From Callorhinchus milii (Eukaryota): 64,000 bases of DNA. The position numbers and the translations under genes are program-made. The stretch is from positions 96,412,001-96,476,000 of the forward strand of contig NW_024704743.1 in assembly GCF_018977255.1 (NCBI RefSeq), given 5' to 3'. Below, in pieces: positions 53,526 through 64,000 of the stretch (positions are counted from its first letter, which is position 1; every line of letters starts with the position of its first letter). The notes below the pieces were generated by a model that had not been told where the DNA came from, searched no databases, and was given only the letters and a program-made list of their open reading frames with translations.

Positions 53526-54145
53526 CTGCAATGTAAATGTTTTTTATCATTGCAAACCTCTTTTCATTGAAGTATACAAAATGCACAATTAATTCCTTCT
53601 GAGCATCAGTGTAGAACAACATTTAATATTATCAGGTAACTGACTGACCTCACAGCAATACAGGGGTATCTGTTTTAAGGCTGTCAAAGATTCCATATTC
53701 AAGCAGAACAATATTGACTTAATAGACATCTCAATGGCATGATAAGGCACTATATCAAATGCAAGGATTATTTTATTACTATAATAATAATCCTTGTATT
53801 TGATATAGCACCTTATCACGTCAATGAGACATCTCAAAGCGCCAATGAGATAATTTATACTTTACTATTTTTAATCTTGTGACCAGAAATGTTATACAAT
53901 GCTCCCAGTGCTACCTGACCAGAGCTGTATACAGTTTAAGTATGACCTCTGCGGATCTGAACTGAACTCCTTCGAGCTGAACTGGCTCCAAAGTCACATA
54001 TTTGGCAACAGAAGTGTTGGAATCAAGCCCACTCTCTTGATAGTACAGTTCCTGAGCAAGGCGGGTCCGCAGTACTCCAGAGCACTGCTGATGACAGTAG
54101 AGCCAGCCAATGGCTCATTGGCAGTCTCTGGGGGCAGGGAGTCAT

Positions 54146-54714
54146 AGAATTATACAGCACAGAAGGAGGCCATTCGACCAATTGTGTCTGTGCCGGCTCT
54201 TTGAAAAGAGCTATCCAAATCAATCCCACTCCCCCGCTCTCTCCCCATAGCCCTACAAACTTGTCCTCCCCAAATAATTATATACTTCACCTTTAAAAGC
54301 TGTTACCGAATCAGCTTCCACCAACCTTTCAGGCAATACATTCCAGATCCAAACAACTCACTGTGTGAAAAAATTTCTCCTCACCTCCCCTCCGTTTCTT
54401 TTAACAACTATCTTAAATCGGTGTCCTCGGGTTACTGACCCACCCACCAGTAAAAATTGTTTCTCCTTGTTCACCCTAACGAATCCCCTCATAATTTTGA
54501 AAACTTCTATTAAGTCTCCTCTTAACCTTCTGTGCTCCAAGGAGATTAATCCTAGCTTCTCTAGCCTCTCCTGATAACTGAAGTCCCTCATTCCTGGTAC
54601 CATCCTGGTAAATCTCCTTTGCACCCTCTCCAATGTCTTGACATTCTTCGTAACCTGTGGTGCCCAGAACTGAACACAGTACTCTAGCTGAGTCCTAACC
54701 AGTGTTTTATAAAG
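54146..54714 (-). mobile_element. CR1 LINE 3' fragment nested in an unclassified repeat
   Basis: LYKTLVRTQLEYCVQFWAP...LRGDLIEVFKIM; gtcat duplicated at 54141-54145 and 54715-54719. Confidence 0.88.
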
Positions 54715-55515
54715 GTCATCCCACTCAGTTCCTGTTAACCCTGCAGGCAACACCCTAACAGGTAGGGTGGTCCGAGGTGGTCAAGCAGCTCTAAAAGTTG
54801 TCAGGCAAGCGACCAATGGTAAACTATATGGTTTCAGCTGGTTAGACTCCAGCAGTGCACCAACACACACTCCGGGGTCCCCAAGTCTTGGTTCCTGCCA
54901 ACCTGCACCTAATACTTTCCGGAATTAGGTAAGCAGGATGCGTTCCACCAGGGAGAGAGTGTGTATTTCATGTATAGGTGGGATGCACGGATCTCTCAGT
55001 TTGGTTTGCATGCTCTTAAGCATGGTGATGGGTTTCTGCACATGTTGGGAGACACACACCCGACCCAAAAAAGCTTAAATCTTAATTGGCAATATAACCC
55101 AGCATCGTATTTGAATATGCAAAGCAATCCAATGACCTGGATTTCGGCCATTTTAACTTCACATGCTAAAACAAAGGCCAACTTCTGAGTCATCAAGCCA
55201 ACCACTTCCTCTTTTGCGGAAGCATAGCAAATCGTAAGTCACATTGATGGGGACCTGATAACCCAGATGGCAACTAGTTTATTTTAGTGGAGCACGTTTG
55301 GTCGCAGGAAGTGAGCCAGCCAGCTGATCGTATGCATCATTACAGAGTGTGTTGGAATTGTATGGATTCCAATCATCTGTTAAAATCAGACTACATTGTC
55401 TAATCCTATAATAATCCTTGATATAGTGCCTTATTTCATCATTGAGACGTATCAAATCGCTCCACAGAATATACTGTAAAGTGAACTGACTGTATTTTGT
55501 TGGTGGAACATTGGT

Positions 55516-55838
55516 GGAGTCCTGTAGCTCAGTGGTTAGAGCACTCGCTTTGCAAGTGAGAGACCTGAGTTCAATTCCAGGCAGAGGGCGAAACCTTGGG
55601 CAAGTTTCCTTACTCCACACAGAGCCTAATAATAATCCCTCCAAAACCAAAAACAATAATAAATTGGTCATTTTCAATCTATGACTGTTTGTGGGACATT
55701 GCTGTGCGCAATTGGCTGCCGCGTTTGCCCACAAATATACAGTCAATTCACTTTACAGTGTGTTCTGTGAAGCGCTTTGGGACGTCCTCCCGACGTGAAA
55801 AGCGCTATATCAAATACAAGGATTATTATTATTATTAT
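55516..55838 (+). mobile_element. tRNA-headed SINE, full length
   Basis: Near-consensus copy; an inverted SINE tail fragment lies at 55408-55500. Confidence 0.92.
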
Positions 55839-56160
55839 TCTCAAAAAGAAGGAAATCACAAAATATAATAAGGCACAATACAACATAACCTTTGAAATAA
55901 ATCTTTAAAATGAAGAAATCAGCATTTTGGAAGAGTCTTCCTCATTCATGCTTCTATAACAATTTGTACTTAACACTAGTTATAACCTATATGGAATTAA
56001 GATTAATGTATAAATTATTCATGCAAAAAATTCCTCAATTCTAGATTACTATACAATTCTGTTTAATACATAGCTTAGTACGATTATAATCAACTGTTAA
56101 ATCTTAACAGTTTATTTTAATCTGTTTTATAACACGTGAGGCTAACAAATATTGTCTTAC

Positions 56161-56269
56161 CCTCGGTCGTCAGTTTGCCCATCAATATGGAATAAAACGA
56201 GTCTCCCATATTTATCATGCCCCACAGCTGTTCGTGCAGAAACCACATTGACAAATTTGTCAAAAGATC
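56161..56269 (-). CDS. NAGPA: NAGPA exon (human exon 4 equivalent)
   Basis: SFDKFVNVVSARTAVGHDKYGRLVLFHIDGQTDDR(G); acceptor tatctag, donor gtaaga; 109 bp, phases match both neighbours. Confidence 0.93.
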
Positions 56270-57075
56270 CTAGATAACAGAAGAAACCCAAATTTGGTAA
56301 ACATATATATTTGCAAATATATATAGTACTATTCCTGAATTTATATTTGTTCTGTGCAGAATACACAAATGATAACTTAATTCCTGATATGAATATAAAA
56401 TAACTAAGATGATTTTAATAATGTTCGAACCATCATGGACCATGGGTTTAAACTAATCTCTGTGGAGATGAGAAATAGAGACCAGGAACCACACAGGTGG
56501 AAATTCTAGGATTCTTTATCTAGGAAGAAAATTCTAGGAGGACCAAGAATAGGTTGGAAACAACTATTGAACATGAAAATACTCAGTGGATAAAACCACA
56601 TCTTAACTTTCAATGATCATTCAGTTAACCTGCCCATACTGCTCTATCTGAAGAGCTTCAGATTTTTTGCAAACTTTTAACTTTTGTGTTCACAAGCAGT
56701 TTCATGAAATAGGTATAAACTGTTCATACAAAAATTATTAACTGTAGAATATTCTACTGTACCCAACAAAGTGATCAGACAGGTCAGCTGAATAATACAG
56801 TAATCCAATGGTTGCAAAATAGATCTACTGGATACAATTACACCTCAATAGCTCCAGCAGTAAAATGTAGGAATCTCTATTCTGGGGCTTGACTTAGAAT
56901 CCCAGCAGGCGTTAGGTTGAATACTACACTTCAAACTTTAAGTTTGGTTTATTCTCAGCTAGGCTGCTGGGTGTATAATTTCATGGTACAGAATCCTTCA
57001 AGTTACTTTAGTAAGAATATTCAAGTGACTGTGCCATCTGCTTTTTTTTTTACATCACTAGACCGGAGAATGGAA

Positions 57076-57409
57076 AATAATAATAATCCTTGCATTTGAT
57101 ATAGCACTTTTCATGTCTTCTAGATGTCTCAAAGCACTTCACAGAATATATTGTAAAGTGAATTGACTGTATATTTGTGGGCAAAACCCGGCAGCCAATT
57201 GTGCACAGCAGTGTCCCACAAACAGTCGTGGATTGAGTGACCAAATTACTAATTTATTTAATTATTTATTAATTTTTGAGGGATTATTATCAGGCATGTG
57301 GAGTAAGGAAACTTGCCCAAGGTATTGCCCAAGGTTTCGCCCTGCTGGGAATTGACCCAGGCTTCTTGCTTGCGAGGTGAGTGTTCTAACCACCGAGCTA
57401 CAGGACTCC
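57076..57409 (-). mobile_element. tRNA-headed SINE, full length
   Basis: Head ends at 57409; internal ttgcccaaggt duplication. Confidence 0.88.
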
Positions 57410-59200
57410 AAAATAATAAAATAAAACAGACTTACGAAGAACGTACAGCACTGAAGTAGGTAATTCGGCCCAATCTATCCTTGACAGTGTTTACACTCCA
57501 CAGGAGTCTCCAATCACTCTTTACTCCTTCCACACCCCTCTATTCCATTATCCCTCATGTGAAAGTCTAGCTTCCTCTTAAATCAATACTTAAAGCAAGT
57601 TATGTTAAGAATGTATGGAAAAATTAAATATCACAGAAAATGAACCATTTGTGAGTTCACATTTTTTTTTAAATTGCCGTTTCCCAACTTGCATATTTGA
57701 AGCTTACGTAATGTGGTTTGATTACAGATACTTTTATCAATTCCCCCTTCCCCCAAACAAGGAAGTTATTTCATCCTCATCTAGTACCATTTGAGTTCAG
57801 TGCTTCTGTATCTGTAATATGACCCTACAATGTTTGAAGGAAGCTTAAATAAAAAACTGTTGTACAAGATCACAACAATCAATCATAATGATCTGGTTGT
57901 GATCACTTCTAGCACTGATGTCCTGTGGACTAGTAACCTGCTTCAGTCACTAACTAGCTGGTTTCCCACGCTAAAAATGTTTGACTTTCGGGTCGCCAGA
58001 TTACCACAAGCATCACTTCCTGCACATTGCTACATTTGCTCAATGCACAGGAGATGTCAGCAGCGCTTCTTGCGCCAAGCGAGCAAGAAGTGATCTTACT
58101 GACACAAATTAATTCTATCAAATGCAAGGATTCTTAACATTTAGTTATTTAGCAATAGTGAAATTTGGTTAGGTTCTATTGCTGGATTCAAAGTATTCCA
58201 TTATAATTATTTATTTAAAAAGTAAAGTGCACTTTTACCATATCCTAAATACAACTGAAAGCAAAAATGCCCAACCCCCCCAATCTTTTCAGTGGTTCTC
58301 TGAAAGATGCTAGCCGCTGTACTTCCATTGCAGCATTGGACTACCAGCTATCCAGAAAAAAAATCAGTCTAAAAACAGTCGTCCAACATGCCCAGCTTAT
58401 CAGACATGGCGACTGAGAAGGCTGAGAAGTGTAATGGGTGTCGTGGGAAAAATTGGTTCTCACCTCCAAGACACCTTGAGAATCGGTCGATGTGTTAATT
58501 ATCATAAGGTCACTAAACTGACTATTAGTTTTAATTAGCGCATAGTTGTTAGTTAACATACAACATAGCAAACTTCACCACATGTGTAAAAACAGACATT
58601 AAAACAGCAATTACAAGTGATTTTGTCTGAAGTGAAACAATTTTTAGAGCTTAAAAGGGAAAAAAGTTTGCTGAACTGAAGAATTGTTTTGTTGCATTCA
58701 GTCTAGCTCTGTCAAAGTCAATACATGCCAGGGATCACAGTCAACAGAAACTTGATTCTTCAATGATTTCTGTGGGTGGGCCTATGTGGTCATAATGGGA
58801 ACAAATTTGGGGATAATTTTGCTATAAATAGCAATTGCATGTTTAGTGACTAAAATAAAACAGTTGTGATTGAATAAGATTTTATGTGCAAAGCTGCAGT
58901 TTCGTAGCACTTTTCATTCCACATGCCAAAGCTGAACTTGATCTTTAAACATATTTGTTTGTTGAGCAATTTATAGTGCAATGCCCAGTCTTCATTTTTC
59001 AGACTACTTTATAAACACTGAATTAACAAAATGTGGTGCAAGCAGAAAGCAGTGTATGTAAAGCAAAAACGTTCCCTTTTGTCTTTATAGTGCTTAAGAC
59101 AGTCTTAGAAATAATGCAATAAACTTTGATTTCAGGGCATCTTTTCAATTTCACTGTATGCTCATTTAATTAATAAGAAACTTTAATTCTTGTACTGTAC

Positions 59201-59340
59201 CGGTTTCCTGGGTCTCTGCACATTCTGCCATTTTGCTCTCATTAATATAAATAGTGCCATTTCGGAGAAGCCACACTACTCCACTCACTAGCTGAACAAA
59301 TGGATTTCCTGTGTCCAAGACATCCTCTTCTGACAGATAC
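59201..59340 (-). CDS. NAGPA: NAGPA-type uncovering enzyme, exon equivalent to human exon 3
   Basis: (G)YLSEEDVLDTGNPFVQLVSGVVWLLRNGTIYINESKMAECAETQET(G), close to human GYLSEEEVLDTENPFVQLLSGVVWLIRNG; ag/gt flanks, 140 bp. Confidence 0.92.
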
Positions 59341-59391
59341 CTGTCAATATTTGAGAATTCTGATTAAAAATTCTAATATAACATTTATATA

Positions 59392-59850
59392 ACAGCAACA
59401 ACTTGCATTTATACAGCGCCCTTTCACGTGGGGCAGCATCTTGGGAGTGCTTAACAGTGGGGGGAGCTGGAGGGAGCGAGGAGGTGACTGTAAGCATGGT
59501 CAAAGAGGAAAGTTTTCGGTCATGATCTAAAAAAGGGGAAGGAAGGGGCGAGGCAGAGGGACTGGGGGAGAGTTATAAAGCTTCGGGACGTAGTGGCTGA
59601 AAGTGCGGCTGCCGATTGTGGAGCAGAGGGGATGAGGGACATGCTGGCAGCTAGAGCCAACCAAGCGGAGGCAGCGGGTAGTAGAGTGGGGAGAAAGAAG
59701 GTCACAAACGTAAGGGGGTGCCAAGGTATGAAGAGATTTGTAGATGAGTGAGATGATCTTGAAATCGATCCGTTCTGTTATAGGGAGCTAATGTAGCCTG
59801 GTGAGGACTGGGGGTACGGAGTTTAATGTGAGTGAAAATATGAGCACGGA
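59392..59850 (-). mobile_element. L2 LINE 3' fragment
   Basis: APPYVCDLLSP...FSHYVPKLYNS and an L2 tail, ending ~50 bp before a NAGPA acceptor. Confidence 0.75.
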
Positions 59851-60802
59851 TAACTATGCATCTATTACACATATTCATTTAAATGTGTACAGTTAATCAG
59901 AAACAAGTTTATTTTTTAAATGTATCTTTATTCTTCTGATAAACTGCATAAAATTACAGGTAATAAACATTATTAAAAATTATTGCAAAGTTTTATTGCA
60001 CAGCTGTGATTAAAGAATCTAGGAGTAGGAACTTCCAGAAACATTCATATTTAATCAGTAAAATATACACTATTAAATATGTGCTTTTTTGTACCTTTGG
60101 AGAAATGAAAAGAAAAAAATGCTAGAAATGCAATCAAACTTAAAATGCTAGACCTAAGTTTAGGTAAAGCCACCCCCATGCAGGTGGAAACCTCATTCAT
60201 GTCTGCACATTTGATTTCCCCTATGTTTTCCTTGCAGGCCTAACTTGTTCCTCAACAAGCTCCAGTTTATCCATATCTCTGCAGGCCATATCTTTTTCCA
60301 CACCAGATTCTGCAAGCCATTAGCCCCATCCTCACCAGATGCTTATTCCTAATCCCCAATTTCCTAATTTTCAAATGACTTCAACATCTTTGTGCCTTTG
60401 GTCCCCTCCACTCACCTTATTCGGGCTCCCACTAATTCTCTGTAAACTACTTTAAGATGTTATCCTAAGTGAAAGGCACCATACAAGTGCAAGCTATTAT
60501 CTTTGACTGTATTGCCAGTTGAGATATCATAGTAACAAAATTAAAGTATGTTATGCTACGTTTGTAAAAGTTTGTAATTCAGATAAATTATAATATTTAC
60601 TCTCCAGGACCAAGATTAAGGACTCTCCTTAATCTTTGCCTGATGGGAATAATTCAAATTAGTTTCCAGTGGAACACTACTATGAAATATTCTTTCAGAG
60701 GTTTCACCTTGAATCAATTGGGACGATTCTGGCCAGCACAGACCCAACGTATGCGATGGACTATCTCCCACTAATTGAAAAAAAATCCCTTTCCTGCTTC
60801 TA

Positions 60803-61135
60803 AAAACAACAAATTATATTTGTATAGCGCCTTTCAAGTTGGGAGGACATCCTAAGGCGCTGGACAGTCAGGAATTTGGACCCGAGTAAGGGATTGGGAT
60901 CAGGAGGGCAGGGAGAGTAGGGGGTAGGAGGGCGGCTGAAGGCATGATGGATGAGAAGGGTCTTGAGACGTGCCTTGAAGGAGGCAAGGGAGGGAGCAAG
61001 GCAAAGTGAGTGTGGAATGGAGTTCCAAAAGGTGGGGGCAGAGAGGTCGAAGACTCGACCGCTGATGGGTGGGGTGGGCTGGGCGGGGGTCGTGGAGCAG
61101 AACGGAGCCTGCTGAGCAGAAGGAGTGGACAGGTT
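60803..61135 (-). mobile_element. L2 LINE 3' fragment
   Basis: Reverse complement of the L2 3' end seen at 62588-62985. Confidence 0.72.
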
Positions 61136-61389
61136 GCAACTTATGATATCAATTAATACATCGTTAAAAATTCTGGCCTTTTGATGACACCCAACTGTAT
61201 AACTTCATCCAACAATTGGGCCTGAAGCCAACTTCTGTATGACTTTACTGAATATTGCTTTGATTTTTTTAATTTAAAAAAAACTAAAANCGTGAAAAAC
61301 AAACCTCTTCCTAACTATTAGTCCAATGTTATAATCTGCCTCATGGCTTCAGGGCCAACCATTATGGAGTTGGGTTGTCAATTGATATC

Positions 61390-61701
61390 TTAATAATAAT
61401 AATAATCCTTGCATTTGATATAGCGCTTTTCACGTCGGGAGGATGTCCCAAAGCGCTTCACAGAACACAGAATTGACTGTATCTTTGTGGGCGAACGTGG
61501 CAGCCAATTGCGCACAGCAATGTCCCACAAACAGTCGTAGATTGAAAATGACCAATTTATTATTGTTTTTGATGCTGGAGGGATTATTATTAGGCTCTGT
61601 GTGGAGTAAGGAAACTTGCCCAAGGTTTCGCCCTGCCTGGAATTGAACTCAGGTCTCTCGCTTGCAAAGCGAGTGCTCTAACCACTGAGCTACAGGACTC
61701 C
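61390..61701 (-). mobile_element. tRNA-headed SINE, full length
   Basis: Near-consensus copy with a short deletion after the Deu block. Confidence 0.9.
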
Positions 61702-61840
61702 ACATCAGTCGAAAGGACAGAATTTTCAACAATGTGTTAATTAACAGATTGCAATTTTTACCCCCGTGTCTTAATTTTTTCTAAATCAAGCTTCTTATGT
61801 GCCTTTTGACACCTTAAGCAGGTCTTTGAAATGAAGAAGC

Positions 61841-61922
61841 ATAGATGAAGTCTATGAATAGATGAAATGTATGAATAGAACAAGTGTATGAATAGATGAG
61901 GTCTATGAATAGATGAGGTCTA
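61841..61922. repeat. 17-bp tandem repeat, about 5 units
   Basis: atagatgaagtctatga and close variants in tandem. Confidence 0.8.
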
Positions 61923-62587
61923 ATTACTAATAGCAACAGGTAGGTTTAAGCATAATTATGACATATGGGTTGCAAATACTGGAAGTAGTTTTATAACTTT
62001 TGAAATTTGCAAATGGGCTAATTGTGGATTAAAGTTAGTGTACTTTTGCAGTCAGCCATTTTGTGAATCTCGCAAACAGCTTCAGCTATTTGCAATTAAT
62101 GCAACAAAATCAGTTTCCAAATATAACTAAAAGTCCCAATGCAAGTAGGTTATTCTGATGTAAACAAGAGTAAAATTAGAAGGCACAGAGGTTGAAGATT
62201 AAAGAGTGCCAACCAGGGTTAGAGACTGAAAACTAGCTAACACTGAGCTGATTACTTTTTAAAAAATGGCTAAGTATCTGCTTGCAGATATAGGGCGAGG
62301 TGTGGACTAAAATGAATGAATAATTCTCACCACAAATTGAATGCTATGCTGTTGGTGCTGGGGAATACTTTCTGAAGGAAAGAGTTTGAGATGTGGTGAG
62401 GGGCCGAAATGTGTGAGTGGCCGAGATATGAGATCGATGAATATTAACAGTTTTTGCTCAACTGTCTCTGGGGTTCTGAGAATATCTATTTATATTCTGT
62501 AATACTTTGCTCCAGGAGATGAAGTGATGGAGCTGATGATAGAGTAGGGGCTTATGTTATGAGGAGCAACCAAATGGCCTTTTCTCG

Positions 62588-62985
62588 CTCAACTCCACTG
62601 GCTTCCTATCACGCAGAAGATACAGCAGTTCAAGATCCTGGTTCTCACCTTCAAAGCCCTCCAAGGCCTTGTTTCCCCCCCCTTACCTCTGCGACCTCCT
62701 AAGCCCCTACCAACCTTCCCGCTCCCTCCGCTCAGCAAGCTTCGGCCTGTTTCACGAATCCCACCTGCCGCACCATTGGTGGGTGGGCCTTCAGCCACTC
62801 TGCCCCCACCCTCTGGAACTCCACCCCGCAGTCTCTCCCACCTCACCCCCTTCCTTGCCTCCTTCAAGACCCATCTCAAGACCTCCTCTTCGACCGTGCC
62901 TTCGATCACCCTCCTTCCCAGTGCCTCGGGACGCCCTCCTGACGTGAAAGGCACTATATAAATGTAATTTTGTTGTTGTCGTTGA
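62588..62985 (+). mobile_element. L2 LINE 3' fragment
   Basis: ctccactggcttcct...ttcaagatcctggttctcaccttcaaagccctcc...gacgtgaaaggcactatataaatgtaattttgttgttg. Confidence 0.8.
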
Positions 62986-63391
62986 TGCTTTGCAGTTATA
63001 TAAGTGTTCAAATTGTACAGAATTTATCAATCTAGAAAAAACTGTACATTCCTCAGAAAGATTAAAGCTGTGAGATTTCCACACAAACATGTATCAACTA
63101 GATAGCTAGATAGCCAATCACTGACAAGCATTTTCACGGTTCAAAAATAATGAACAATTATTGTTTCACTGAAAGATAAAGTTGTAGCGCTGGCATATTA
63201 GTGGGTTTAATTATTAACTAAAATATTTGTAGCACAAGCAATGGTAACAACTGCAAAAATCAAAGGACTTTTTGTTAAATACTGTATCCAAATCCTTTAG
63301 AAGCATCAATTAACTATGAATTATTATTCAGTATCATTTGAGAAATAAGTAAGCCAACAATCACAATAAAGACTGAACATATCATTCTAGC

Positions 63392-63680
63392 AAAAACAAC
63401 AACAAAATTACATTTGTATAGCTCCTTCCACGTCGGGAGGACATCCCAAGGAGCTGGACAGGCAGTGTTTTGGACCCGAGCTGGGGGTTGGGATTGGGGA
63501 GGGTGGGGGGGGGAAGCAGGGTGATCGAAAGCACGGTAGGAGGGTTTGAGATGGGTCTTGAAGGAGGCAAGGGAAGGGTCAAGGCGAAGGGACTATGGGA
63601 TGGACTTCCAGAGGGTGCAGGTAGAGTGGCAGAAGGCCCGCCCGCCAATGGTGAGGCAGGCGGGGGACGTGAAGCAGGAT
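63392..63680 (-). mobile_element. L2 LINE 3' fragment
   Basis: Same terminus in reverse orientation, facing the 62588-62985 copy. Confidence 0.75.
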
Positions 63681-64000
63681 GAATACATATATATATATAA
63701 ATAAAAACATAAATGAGCTCAGTCTCATTTATGATCATCTAATTTGTGATAATACAGTTGGTGTTAAGTATTTCCCCAAAGGGATGCCTGATTTTTGTGC
63801 ATTCTAATCACAAATTTTGCAGTGGCATTGGCAGAGGCCTGGGAGAACGCTGCTCACCCATCGTCTCAAACTGATTACATCATTGAGGAGACAGAGGCAA
63901 GTTAACAAAGGAAGAAAACAGGAAAGATGAAGTTGTATCCTTTGCTTCCCCTCCCAAAACATGCACAGCAGACACAACTCAGTCATTAAAGTAAGAGGTG

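Noticed and set aside
61841..61922. CRISPR-like array
   Set aside because: Head-to-tail 17-bp units without unique spacers in vertebrate DNA; an ordinary minisatellite.

Overview
Vertebrate genomic DNA, not prokaryotic. The repeat content (abundant tRNA-headed Deu/L2-tailed SINEs, L2 and CR1 LINEs, a Penelope-type relic) suggests a cartilaginous fish, probably a chimaera; this is an inference. Two minus-strand spliced genes could be rebuilt by hand with GT-AG sites and matching phases. (1) A complete TP53INP1: non-coding exon 1 in a CpG-rich promoter near 26.5-27 kb, coding exons 16961-17078, 14357-14699 and 6414-6660 (235 aa), and a ~2.6 kb 3'UTR. (2) Eight exons of an NAGPA-type uncovering enzyme (59340 down to 44232), whose N-terminal exons I could not find. 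Most supplied ORFs are LINE/SINE fragments or low-complexity artefacts. Best leads: a candidate TP53INP1 cassette exon giving a new 84-aa C-terminus; the unusual NAGPA-TP53INP1 neighbourhood with a missing exon and an N base; an unclassified dispersed repeat; a MITE carrying clustered PBX-PREP decamers; a decayed hammerhead ribozyme; an intronic G-rich minisatellite; and nested insertions with target-site duplications. I see no evidence for a wholly new multi-gene system. Repeat boundaries are approximate and family names come from recalled consensus motifs, not searches.
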